29,263 nucleotides of DNA, taken from the IMG/VR virus record IMGVR_UViG_3300027672_001220, positions 1-29,263 of that record. The stretch is one strand, 5' to 3'. Each line of letters starts with the position of its first letter. Within the stretch, counting starts at the first letter, position 1. This document shows positions 7,101-16,200 of this stretch, piece after piece. Source of the stretch: a virus. Taxonomy: Duplodnaviria > Caudoviricetes. Under the pieces are notes generated by a model. That model did not search any database and was not told where the DNA came from. It worked only from the letters and a program-made list of their open reading frames with translations. Both the position numbers and the translations under genes were made by a program.

Positions 7101-9919
7101 AAGCACAGGAAACTCCACTATCAGGCACAGGTACTACAAAAGGTAATACTGCTGGAGATATTGTATTAGCTGTTAAACTTTGCGATACTAACGAAATCTT
7201 TAGACTTAACAACAACGCAAGAACGCCTGCAGGTAATAGGCCAGCAGGTTGGACAGCATCTAGTTTAACATTAGAAGCACCAATTATTACATGGGGTGGT
7301 AAAAAGCACTATGCATTTAACTATAGAGGAGTTAATAGTTCCAACGTAGTTGTTGCGCCAGCAGAAGATAACTTATATGCTATTGTTGACCTAGTTGATT
7401 ATGACTTTATTAACCAAACAAATGCAACAGGGCTTCACAGTACAGCAGTACTAGGTTCAGAGCTTGTTACGATTAGAGGCGGTCTAAAAGCAGGAGCACT
7501 TGGTAGCGTTACTGTTAACATTAGTACATGTCGTGCTACGTCACATGACTTCTTAGACATTGGTACAGGCGGATTTAACTCAAGTAACTATCCAAATGTT
7601 ATCTTTGGTGAGCCAGGTGAGAAGAAAGAAGCTAACGAAGTAAGAGAAGTAGGCAAAGGTCGTGTGTTCTATGTGAGTACAGACCAAAATGGTATCTTTA
7701 GAGTTGGTAGATTCTTTAGTGTAGACCAAGGCACAGGTACAGTTACATTTAGTGCATCACTTGCACTTAGTGACGTAGACGGACTAGGCTTTAAGCGTGG
7801 TGTTGTTATTACTGAATTTAGTACAGACACAGCGATGGTAGACAATGCTTCGGATACAGTACCAACAGAAAGTGCTGTACGTGGTTATGTTAACAGACGC
7901 TTAGGCTATGATGTTAACGGTTCAGCAGTTAGTAACAAATTAGGACCTGGCGTACTTGCTCCAAACGGTGCAGTACCAATGACAGATGATTTAAACGCAG
8001 CTAATAATACAATTACTAACTTAAAAGCTCCAGTTGCTACATCTGACGCAGCTACTAAGGCATATGTTGATGCTGGCCGTGGCGACCTTGATGAAATTAA
8101 AAATCTACGGAGCGTATCGTACGAAGATCAAGCAGCTAACCAAATGTTAGTTTCTACAGGAGCGTTTAAGCTTATATTATCAGCAGGTAGTATTGTTGGC
8201 GGTAACCTTGCTATTGGTGATGTTATTACAGGATCAATATCAGGAGCAACTGGTACAGTTGTTGATTATGTAGATGGCCTCACTGGCATTGAAGGTAATA
8301 TTTGTGAAGTAACATATACTGTATTAGCTGGTGTATTTAGTGATGGCAAACCTGCTGCTGGTCCAGCAGCAGATGTACTTACTGCACCAGGCGGTAAACA
8401 AATTAATGTAATTGATGGTCCAGTAGATGAATGGGCTAACGGTGTGGCAAATGCAGCAGCAGATATTTTAATTACTACTAACAGAATAAATGCAGGACAA
8501 GCAACACGCTATACGCAAGTTAATATGCAAATTGCAGGACTTGCTATTGTTAACGGTGATATCAATGGTGCTGCACAAATTGCACAAAGTAAACTAAACT
8601 TAAACGCAGCTACTACAAGAGCAGATGCTACAGGAATCGCACAAGCTGATTTAGGTAGTGCAAGTTTTGACTCTTCTAAATTTACTATTACTGATGGATG
8701 GGTTACTACAGCAGCAGGAGCTACAGTACTAGCAGATCTTGAAGACATTGCAACTGATACAGTACTTGGTCGTAGTGCAGCAGGAGCTGGTGCAGTTACA
8801 GCAATACCATTTGCTACAGTAGTTGATGAAGGATTAGGTTTAGCAGACGGAGACTTTGTTACTGAAATATTAGTAGCAGCAGATGCAGGCGAAGCACTAA
8901 TTAAAACTGGTACAGGCACCTACGGTATTACTAACGTATCTAAAACAGGTGAAGTTAATAGTATTGTTAAAACAGATGCTAATGGTACTATCCAAGCTAA
9001 CTCATTAATACTTGGCGGTGATGCAAGTTACGAAGTATTAAGTTTAGACAGCTTAACACTACAAGTTAAAACACCTGCACAAGGTTTATTGTTTACAGCA
9101 GTTGGTGGTAGTGCTGGTACAGGTAACTTAGGTGACGCAGACTATGTTGCACCAACTTATCCAGATATGATGCTTAGTGGTAGTATTAACGTTGGTGCAA
9201 CAGATCTTGTTTCAGCGCAGAGTATTTTACAAAGTACTTCAACACTTACTAATGAAAAACGGTTAGGAGTTGACTGGATTTACTCGAGCTTTATTGAAGC
9301 ACCAGGTGAAAAGGGTGCAGCAAGTACAGGCATAGCAATTGGTGGTAACACTGGTAAGACAACAGCTGGACAAGTAGGCATAGTTGCTGCTGGATCTGGC
9401 TCAAGTGTTGTACCAGCTATCTTTAGCTCTGCTGGAATGCTACCAGACACTGATAACACATATGACATTGGTAGTGCAACTAAAAAGTACAAAGATGTTT
9501 ATGCAACATTGTTCCGTGGTACTGCAACTGAATCATACTACGCTGACTTGGCGGAGAATTACTTAGCTGACGCAGAGTATGCTCCTGGCACAGTTATTGA
9601 GTTTGGTGGAGAAGCTGAAGTTACACAAAGCACAACACACGGTACACATCGTGTAGCAGGCGTTGTGTCTACTAACCCAGCACACTTAATGAACTCACAG
9701 TGTGAAGGCGCCAACGTTGTTGCAGTAGCACTACAAGGGCGTGTACCTTGTAACGTAATTGGTAAAGTTGCCAAAGGCGATATGCTAGTAGCAAGTAATA
9801 TTCCAGGATATGCAATTGTTAACAACACTCCAACTGTTGGTAGTGTTATTGGTAAAGCACTTGGAGATAAACTAGACGGCGAACGCGGTACAGTTGAAGT
9901 TGTAGTAGGAAAACACTAA
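1148..9919 (+). CDS. Giant virion tail fibre/spike protein, 2923 aa: gp9/gp10-like N-terminal anchor, interrupted pectin-lyase-like beta-helix, CxRD helical modules, C-terminal peptidase-G2-like intramolecular chaperone
   Basis: N-terminus IDIG.EGNDGTGDSIRESFRKVNENF; beta-helix-type motifs YVS..GND, AYRTI..A, G.YEE..PI..P.NVSV.GDE.R and KSPYIQ; AATK.YVD fibre motifs; C-terminal ADLAE..GTV....G....AGVVST.P...VAL.GRVP. GGAG SD upstream. Confidence 0.85.
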   Translation: MAKQGIDIGIEGNDGTGDSIRESFRKVNENFQELYAVFGIGGQISFTDLNDTPGTYEGNENKVPLVKSDGSGIDLLTLASDNALDGTPDTIGFDFTQTGKVIIKQLVSKVSNDPEPILGGPMDASTQPIANVSVTQSAIDTFNSIHGTALTTGALVIDKAFADRNYQQKDVAGGGLRLANEPTDATGYVFTASGISVGNLTITAHGLTEAFNGAGFIFNSTGTDPFGATTGSTYYINIVDTNTIALYPTEANAISNTSRILLSGGSGTFTITDAAYDATLEGFFLDNVAIPRKSVVRRQGDDMAGTLNLFDHPGELKGTGLPNGPDDLQAATKLYVDNAAAQSNVNLYVSTAGNDLQTYTPDGKQGRAPAYAYRTINAAAKKAEELIIAAPPEPGPYMQIMQLATGTAKALTNTVGIASGIANRSNARAIIVANKEFIAKEVTGYIDATFPNFAGTYSLEICQRDVAFILDSVSLDALLGNSANFLSRWAGIRYYSNVSAQKAIGSQRVETIAGITYAKTIVTQYILTNTAVPTTYQSRVLQNVNLTLPDSSADDAIAARMDDVLAVIANGPLDAPAIVDGTTTYKINMNNGGLGFIKQANPANTDIIPGKVVRGVNSGATARIIDYKHESGPRAVAVAGTDELEVQLLEPIEFVAGEELEYGNYVRETQIAIRVESGIYEEDYPIRIPANVSVKGDEFRRCIIRPKKRVSQSRWANTFFYRDAEFDGMILGKSNIASVAFDTQLDASRTPGTYTVSLWTTNKLGTLATFTIVIGTDGAISSITPVNKGTSFQKGERITVLDAQLGAGGAAAITFTVASVPNGIEYVNPLTNVVDGYFGYHYLNKPNSLRNTGSGYENVGKWNTNALTLIDNKEFIQEQVVNYIETTYPALVGSYSRTKCFRDVGLIVDALVKDLRNGGNEFALETQGEYYAGAVEAGTEDETVAGIQHVYTMAEKLILGQSPTTTYNQAGGALADRLYAEDLYNGSGEPVAWAASTVYRLGTVVTFTAASVKTYYTPTKEHTGGAVFNAAEISSNWRVIDSPAVVLQNLLDTVKFAFNVDYNPPLRNADCDVFLMNDATMVRNLTVQGHGGFMCVLDPEGQVLTKSPYIQTGSSFSQSLNKQAFRGGLFVDAFVGNSAVQVISKIDGSAFRLGIQSLGSAAAPQGLFVRRPETPSAFYIDGRRFQINAVTAYDKAAGTAELILAPSSNGGAGFTGITSALATGVDLDSVGTFQFDTVKCGRDTGYILDAVTYDLALGTNYKAVYNGIAYQRATGAYLIANQKTQTTTAITKGKTEVALLAPVIATSAALSRSNAAFDEIIDIINNGVVSVTEPGVNSADALTFPAPATLPTTDADDAAVRLQANRAFLAAEVVAYVNANTPPAGFSQAKCLRDAGFIVDALTYDVLYGGNSATVINARAYHDAAVAQLPEAQRVATAAAYAHLATVVAAVVTDATGVTSTTPTTGNASVQVTTGAAATGTEGTVLDGLLQHIEDVITAGNLNSLPAEIFPNLTALAVSAGLIAAANSVISNRALIINRVIQSVAAPLPITLQTAGNRSILGNDFTQVNDLGYGLVACNGALSEMVSMFTYYCHASYYSKNGAEIRSLTGSSCYGEFGLVAEGSDPNEIPDAVALYEDMTQPIKAFDAKIILDTTGFLVLTTGETLTQAGSGATGVVTVGTSQTGGSNVIYLTTVTGSFDTTNTLTGSTSGALGAASVPVAVDSNGYANTVQSLALYAYDMKDAPSNRSEVNVWHPARPAFARYEVANAELVNHIVGEYPLLVETTDYSFTKANAAATGFIFNIYKTIDAGYTVTFTAGNDGVNYTIGDAFVVTGDKLGGATTANDCTVTVATVDGTGQILTVTVTGTIAIEPTTPKYSGAVYKLNFSSSDTQFSANGLLEIVPFNYNVVYYRNQTHIISDLARPDVLTIRPSTALTFDENPGFVYRSISFLTSNSLGTDLPANVAQAGLDSTYDFIRLTVDSAKAQETPLSGTGTTKGNTAGDIVLAVKLCDTNEIFRLNNNARTPAGNRPAGWTASSLTLEAPIITWGGKKHYAFNYRGVNSSNVVVAPAEDNLYAIVDLVDYDFINQTNATGLHSTAVLGSELVTIRGGLKAGALGSVTVNISTCRATSHDFLDIGTGGFNSSNYPNVIFGEPGEKKEANEVREVGKGRVFYVSTDQNGIFRVGRFFSVDQGTGTVTFSASLALSDVDGLGFKRGVVITEFSTDTAMVDNASDTVPTESAVRGYVNRRLGYDVNGSAVSNKLGPGVLAPNGAVPMTDDLNAANNTITNLKAPVATSDAATKAYVDAGRGDLDEIKNLRSVSYEDQAANQMLVSTGAFKLILSAGSIVGGNLAIGDVITGSISGATGTVVDYVDGLTGIEGNICEVTYTVLAGVFSDGKPAAGPAADVLTAPGGKQINVIDGPVDEWANGVANAAADILITTNRINAGQATRYTQVNMQIAGLAIVNGDINGAAQIAQSKLNLNAATTRADATGIAQADLGSASFDSSKFTITDGWVTTAAGATVLADLEDIATDTVLGRSAAGAGAVTAIPFATVVDEGLGLADGDFVTEILVAADAGEALIKTGTGTYGITNVSKTGEVNSIVKTDANGTIQANSLILGGDASYEVLSLDSLTLQVKTPAQGLLFTAVGGSAGTGNLGDADYVAPTYPDMMLSGSINVGATDLVSAQSILQSTSTLTNEKRLGVDWIYSSFIEAPGEKGAASTGIAIGGNTGKTTAGQVGIVAAGSGSSVVPAIFSSAGMLPDTDNTYDIGSATKKYKDVYATLFRGTATESYYADLAENYLADAEYAPGTVIEFGGEAEVTQSTTHGTHRVAGVVSTNPAHLMNSQCEGANVVAVALQGRVPCNVIGKVAKGDMLVASNIPGYAIVNNTPTVGSVIGKALGDKLDGERGTVEVVVGKH
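9542..9916 (+). other. C-terminal ADLAE (peptidase G2-like) autoproteolytic/chaperone domain of the 2923-aa protein
   Basis: ADLAENY.AD..Y..GTV, GVVSTNPAHLMN and VALQGRVPC.V.G.V.KGD.LV resemble the phi29 gp12-type chaperone domain. Confidence 0.65.
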
Positions 9920-10074
9920 TGGATAAGAAAGAAGAGATAGACAAACTAATTAAAGATGGCGTAAAAGTTAGTAATGACACTAGAAATCCGCAAGCAAGGC
10001 AAGTAGTTGTTACTGCTGGCAAAATAAGAATACAAGTAAACAAGGGAGCAGACCGTGGCCAAACAAACCGTTAA
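9919..10074 (+). CDS. Hypothetical protein, 51 aa (MDKKEEIDKLIKDGVKVSNDTRNPQARQVVVTAGKIRIQVNKGADRGQTNR)
   Basis: Read by hand. TAATG stop/start overlap with the fibre gene; fills the gap and overlaps the next start by 20 nt. Confidence 0.6.
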   Translation: MDKKEEIDKLIKDGVKVSNDTRNPQARQVVVTAGKIRIQVNKGADRGQTNR

Positions 10075-10258
10075 TTTAGGAACCAGTGCAAACAAAGGTG
10101 ACGGCGACCCGTTACGCACAGCATTTGACAAAGTAAATGATAATTTTGATGAATTATATACAGCAGACGCTACATTCATTAGTCTTGCGACACTAAAAAC
10201 AGAAGTTGCAGCAAGCGCAGACTTTGCAGCATTTAAAGATAGAATAGCAGCACTATAA
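10055..10258 (+). CDS. Minimal tail-associated protein, 67 aa, with gp9/gp10-like N-terminal motif
   Basis: GTG start with GGGAG SD. MAKQTVNLG..AN.G.GDPLRTAF.KVN.NF.ELY is nearly the same as the N-termini at 1148 and 17312. Confidence 0.8.
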   Translation: MAKQTVNLGTSANKGDGDPLRTAFDKVNDNFDELYTADATFISLATLKTEVAASADFAAFKDRIAAL

Positions 10259-10273
10259 TACTTTAACTGAATA

Positions 10274-10282
10274 CGATAAATA
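10274..10282 (+). promoter_or_regulatory. Late promoter box CGATAAATA
   Basis: Intergenic, 23 nt upstream of ATG 10306. The identical 9-mer occurs at 18052 and 21576 and resembles the T4 late TATAAATA. Confidence 0.7.
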
Positions 10283-10305
10283 TATAAAACAATAGGATTT
10301 AAAGA

Positions 10306-13206
10306 ATGGCTAATAGATTTCCACTAGTACTAGATACAGAAGACGGTAATAAGATCAAAGAGATCCAAACCGGGGACAATTTGTATCTAGCTGACAACAG
10401 TATCACTGGTGTCCAAAATATTACTGCATTGGGAACTATCGACGCTGCTCAGATCAAAGTGGCTGGGGAACACCTAGTGGCGCAACGATTTGCTGACTTA
10501 ACTGATACTCCGAGTACATTTACTGGATCAGAAAGTCAGTTTGTAAAAGTAAAGGCAGATGGCACAGGCTTAGAATTTTCTTCACTAGGTAGCTTAGGAA
10601 CTATACAGCTTAATACTATTTCAGTTGATGTTAGTGTTATACCAACAGTTAACAATGTAGGAACAATAGGCACTGACAACTTTAAGTTTAATGAAGTAGT
10701 AGCAACAACACTTAGGGGTAACTTAGCTGCATACGACGGATCTATAGTATTTAATGCTACAACAGGAAAAGTAAGTTATGCTGCACTACAAGGCGCGCCA
10801 GTTTTCCTTTCAGAATTTACAGATGATATTGGCTTTGTAACATCAACAGCACTTGGCACACAAATTGCAGCTTTATATGATGACGGCATAACGTTTAACA
10901 CTGACATACAAGGTAGTGTGTTTGCTGATGATAGTTCAATGATAATAGACGGTGTTGCTGGTAAAGTACTTGGTGACGTAATAAACTCAAATGTAACTAC
11001 TACAGGTTTAGTTACTAATACAGCCCAGATTACTACTACAACAGCAACAACTATTAACGGGCCAGCATCAGGAAACTTAGCAATTGATGCAGGAGCATCA
11101 GGCACCGTTGATATAGGATTTGGTGCAGCAACTAGTGTTGTTAACATAGGCGATGCAGTAATAGAATCATTTACTCAAGGTAGAGATTTAGGAGTTGCCA
11201 AGCTAACAGCAAATACAAACTTATCAATTACTGCTGGTAACAGAGTTAAAATTGACGGTGGTGTACCATTTAGATTTTCATCAGTTACTACAGCTAACCA
11301 ATTAGCAATCGGTGCAGAAGAAGGTGATGTAATTTACAACACCACAACAAGCCGTTTGCAAATGTATCAAGGCAGTGCTTGGAAAGACGTCAACGGAAAC
11401 GTTGAAGCAACAGCAGGAACATCAAACTTTAACGATGTTGTAATTGCAGGTAACTTTACTGTAACAGGTACCACTACAACTGTTAACACAGAAGAAATTA
11501 ACCTTGCTGATAATATTATTAATCTTAATAGTAACTTAGGTGTAGCCGTTGCACCAACACAAGATAGCGGCATTAGTATTAATAGAGGCAGTGCAACAGC
11601 AAAGACATTTATATGGAACGAAACCACAGATAAATGGACAATTGGAGCAGAGACATTTGTTGCAGGAACAGTAGAAGCAGCATTCACTGGCATACTTGGC
11701 GGTGTAACACCAGCAGCAGTAACAGCAACAACAGTAGAAGGTACAACAATTACCGCATCTACAGGGTTTGTTGGTAATGTAACTGGTAATGCAGCTGGCG
11801 CACATACAGGAACACTAGACGGTGATGTAACAGGTAGTGTATTTGCAGACGATAGTACCTTACTTGTAGACGGAGTTGGCGGAGTAATACCAGCAGCTAA
11901 CTTATTAGGAACTGCAACAATTACAGTTACAGGCAATGTTACAGGTAACTTAACTGGCAATGCTGATACAGTAACTAATGGTGTATATACAATTGGTGAT
12001 CAAACTATTGCCGGTGCTAAGACTTTTAGTAGTACCATTATTGGAAGTTTACAAGGTAACGTTACAGGAAATATTACTGGTAATATAGATCAAGCAACAT
12101 TAGCAATTGGTGCAACAACTGCAACAGTTATTGGTATAGGTAACGCAAGTAGCACAACAACAATTAATGGTATACTATCATCTCCGGCTGTAATATCAGG
12201 AAGCATTACAGCCGACGACAGTATGAGTATTACTACTGCTACAGGCGATGGTAATGCAATTAGTATAGGACCAGCTGGAACTAATACTGTTGTTAATATA
12301 ACAGCAGATGGTATTAGATTCTTTGGACCAGTAACAAGAAGCATCGATGCTGTAGGAGGCGTTGTTGGAGATATTAAAGGTAGTGTTGTAGCAGACGATT
12401 CAACAGTGATGATCGACAGCGTTGGCGGCGTAGTAACTGGACCAGTAGATACAACAACTATTACAGGCACAACTATTACAGCGTCAACTACAATTAAAGC
12501 AGGCACTATTGCAAACTTAACTGGCAGTGACGATATAGCTGTTAACGCAGCAGGTTTTATTAATATTAATGCAGGAACTGACGATGCTGGTTTGAGTAAG
12601 ATACAAATGGATCAAACTGGTATTAATCATATAGAATTGACTACAACACCTAAAACTCCTGGAGATGCAAACGATGTTGCTAATATAGCAATTAACGCTG
12701 CTGCAACATCAGGTAACGTAGTTATTGGTACTACAAGTAGCACACGTAATCAAACAGTAACAATGCATAATGCAACAGTTAACGGAACACTAGTTGGAAG
12801 CGCACAAGGCGCGCACACCGGATCACTAACTGGTGACTTAGTAGGTAGTGTATTTGGCGACGATAGTTCAACAATAATTGATGGTCTTGCAGGAAAAATT
12901 GTAGGACCAATAAGTAGAATAGTCGGTGATGTACAACAAATTAGTGGACCGGGTGTAATTAGTTTAGATACACTTGTAACTGAAATTACAACAACTGGTG
13001 CAGATGCATATACACTAGCAGACGGTGTTGCAGGACAAATAAAAATAATTGCAATGATAGTAGACGGCGGTGATGGAACACTTACTCCAACTACATTAGC
13101 AACTGGAACAACAATTACATTCAATGATATTAATGATAACATATCATTACTATACACTACAAATGGTTGGGTAAATACTGCAAACCAGGGTGCAGTTATA
13201 GCATGA
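10306..13206 (+). CDS. Tail fibre-like structural protein, 966 aa, with GSVFADDS repeats
   Basis: Gly/Thr/Val-rich; G-N/D-V-T-G fibre repeats; EG..IYNTTT..LQ.Y.G..W motif; four GSV(F/V)(A/G)DDS..ID(G/S)-like repeats; lies in the late module. Confidence 0.75.
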   Translation: MANRFPLVLDTEDGNKIKEIQTGDNLYLADNSITGVQNITALGTIDAAQIKVAGEHLVAQRFADLTDTPSTFTGSESQFVKVKADGTGLEFSSLGSLGTIQLNTISVDVSVIPTVNNVGTIGTDNFKFNEVVATTLRGNLAAYDGSIVFNATTGKVSYAALQGAPVFLSEFTDDIGFVTSTALGTQIAALYDDGITFNTDIQGSVFADDSSMIIDGVAGKVLGDVINSNVTTTGLVTNTAQITTTTATTINGPASGNLAIDAGASGTVDIGFGAATSVVNIGDAVIESFTQGRDLGVAKLTANTNLSITAGNRVKIDGGVPFRFSSVTTANQLAIGAEEGDVIYNTTTSRLQMYQGSAWKDVNGNVEATAGTSNFNDVVIAGNFTVTGTTTTVNTEEINLADNIINLNSNLGVAVAPTQDSGISINRGSATAKTFIWNETTDKWTIGAETFVAGTVEAAFTGILGGVTPAAVTATTVEGTTITASTGFVGNVTGNAAGAHTGTLDGDVTGSVFADDSTLLVDGVGGVIPAANLLGTATITVTGNVTGNLTGNADTVTNGVYTIGDQTIAGAKTFSSTIIGSLQGNVTGNITGNIDQATLAIGATTATVIGIGNASSTTTINGILSSPAVISGSITADDSMSITTATGDGNAISIGPAGTNTVVNITADGIRFFGPVTRSIDAVGGVVGDIKGSVVADDSTVMIDSVGGVVTGPVDTTTITGTTITASTTIKAGTIANLTGSDDIAVNAAGFININAGTDDAGLSKIQMDQTGINHIELTTTPKTPGDANDVANIAINAAATSGNVVIGTTSSTRNQTVTMHNATVNGTLVGSAQGAHTGSLTGDLVGSVFGDDSSTIIDGLAGKIVGPISRIVGDVQQISGPGVISLDTLVTEITTTGADAYTLADGVAGQIKIIAMIVDGGDGTLTPTTLATGTTITFNDINDNISLLYTTNGWVNTANQGAVIA
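10912..12880 (+). repeat. Four dispersed protein-level repeats GSV(F/V)(A/G)DDS(S/T)xx(I/V)D(G/S)
   Basis: Copies start at 10912, 11833, 12379 and 12844. Confidence 0.85.
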
Positions 13207-13234
13207 TAACACATAACAATATAGGAAAAGTAAA

Positions 13235-16200
13235 ATGAGCGAAAGAGAACACATTGTAAGTTTAAATAAAGGTGTCGATTATGAGGGCTTTAACGCTGAC
13301 ATGATACGCGACACTGGAGCAGGCGATATTCCTAACAGAACCGTTAGTGTGTTAAATGCTAGGCCTGGATCTGCACGTAATACGCATTATGATCTAACAG
13401 ATGCCGAGGCAGAAGCTTTAAGGTCTGATTCTAGAGTATACGGTGTAACATTGCTACCTGAATTAGACACAAATCTTCATATTGGATTTGATGCAACACA
13501 AACAGGTGACTTTTCAAAGACGTTACTTGATCGTGGAAGCTTTCTTAACTGGGGTATGCGCAGATGCAACGAAGCTGAAAACGTCTACACAGGCGCAGTA
13601 GCAGCAGCAGGCGGCTACGGCTATACTTTAGACGGAACAGGCGTTGACGTTGTAATTATGGATAGCGGCATACAAGCTGACCATCCTGAATTCCAAGATG
13701 CATCAGGAGTAAGCAGAGTACAACAAATTAACTGGGCTACAGAGAGCGGTCTTGGCTTTACACAAAATGCTAATCATTATAGAGACTATGACGGACACGG
13801 TACACACGTTGCTGGCACAGCAACTGGTAAAACATATGGTTGGGCAAAAAACGCTAAAATATATTCTGTAAAGCTCAATGGTCTTGAAGGCGCAGGCGAT
13901 AGCGGAACTGGTATTAGTATAACATACGCATTTGATTGCATTAAGCTCTGGCACAATGCAAAAACAGTTGACGCAGCTACTGGATATAAGCGTCCAACTA
14001 TTGTTAACATGAGTTGGGGTTACGGTATCGGATACAATACAGTTTCGGGTATGGTATATAGAGGCTCAGCCAAATCAGGCACTGATATCGATAGTGCTTC
14101 AAAACGTGCAGCCTTTGGACTTTATCCAGCAAATGGCGCATCGATAGGAACTACTTACGCATCTAATACAAGAGTTGCATCAGTTGATGTTGACATGCAA
14201 GAGCTTATTGATGCAGGCGTACACGTTATGGTTGCTGCTGGTAACAGAAGTCACAAAATTGACGTTGCTAGTGGTCTTGACTATGATAACACTACGACAT
14301 CAAATTCAGGAACTATATACCACAACAGAGGTTCAAGTCCTTATGATGATCAAGCTAATACTGTTGGAAGCATTGATACTGCTGTAAATGCAGGCGGACT
14401 AGAACAAAAAGCAACTTATTCAGAAACAGGACCTGCTGTAACAATTTATGCACCAGGCACAGACATTATGAGTGCAATGAGCACAACTAATAAGTTTGGT
14501 GCTAATACTACAAACAATCCATACCCAGCAAACTCTGCTTACTTAATTAATAATATAAGCGGTACAAGTATGGCATCACCACAAGTAGCAGGCATGGCTG
14601 CATTAAATGCGCAGTTAAATCCAGCTTCAACTCCAGCACAGCTTAAAGCGTTTATTGAGTCTACTGCAAAGTCGGCACAATTATATGACACTGCTAGTGT
14701 TGTTGATTATGATAACAATCGTAGTTTATCAGGCAGCTCAAATAGATTTTTGTATAATAAATTTAATAGCAATACACAGCTTACCATCGGTACTCCGGCA
14801 GCAGCAGTATCTTACGCAGCAGCAGCAACATACTCATTGTCTAGAAGCGGAGCAGCATTCAACGAAGGGCAATCATTTACTATTACACTAACTACAGCAA
14901 ATATTGCAGATGCAACAAATGTACCGTACACTATTACAGGTGTAACTACTGCTGATATAAGCGGAGCAAGTTTAACTGGTAACTTTACAATAGCGTCAAA
15001 TACTGCATCAGCTATATTTACTTTAGCTAATGACGCACTTACTGAAGGTGCAGAGACATTTACAATTACTCTAAATGGAGTTAGTGAAAGTATTACTGTT
15101 GCTATTAACGACACAAGTATTACACCTACATACGCATTATCAGGAAGTGCTGCTAATGTTAACGAAGGTAGTACACTAACTGTTACACTAAACACAGCTA
15201 ACTTGGCAGATGCAACTACAGTACCATATACTATTACAGGAGTTAGTAGTGCAGATATAGGTGGTGTGAGTCTAACTGGCAACTTTACAATTGCTTCAAA
15301 CACTGCAAACGCAGCGTTTGCAATCACAGCAGACGAAACTACTGAAGGCGCAGAGACAATGGTATTAACACTTGACTCACTTGGAGTCAACCTGTCTACT
15401 ACGCTTAATGATACAAGTCTTACACCTGGTGCAACACATGTATTAACTAGAAGTGCAACAACAATAAGCGAAGGACAAAGTGTTACATTTACACTTAGCA
15501 CAACTAACGTAGCTGACGCAACTACAGTACCATATACACTATCAGGTGTTACTAGTGCAGATTTAGATAACGGACTATACACAAAAGGCGGCCTAGTTGC
15601 AGATACATCCGGTGGCTCACTATTTAATAAGTCTAGACAGGTACACGGCATAAAACTTTACCAAGCAACAAACGTTGGTGGAGCAACAGCAGTTCCAGAT
15701 TTGTGGACAGACAAAATTGCACGAGTTGTTGAGTTATTTACTGACCCAACAGGATCTAATATTGTTGCTGCTGATCAGAAGAATATGATTAAAACACTAA
15801 GAGGTGATGCAGGTACATGGCATGCTGGAAAACCAACAGCACAGCAAATTGCTTATGGAGGTGGTGCAAGCTATGATCCAAACTTCTTATCTGATACAGG
15901 AAAATATCAATACCCAGGTTACGTAGATGGTCTTTTAGACGAGTACTCTGTAAACGATATGGTATGGTATAGGAATACAAGTAGTGGTAGACCAGGTATT
16001 GGTGATGACGACTTAGGTGAAGCACTAGAACACGTTTTCCATACAATGCATTACTATGGTGTACGTGGCGGAGTTGCTGGATCAACTGTAGCATTAAGCT
16101 GGGATCCAAGTACAGACGCTCAATGGGCAACAAGAGAGTTATATGCAGCAATAGCACAAGCAGTTGCAGCAACCACATTTAATATTAGCGGATACAATGA

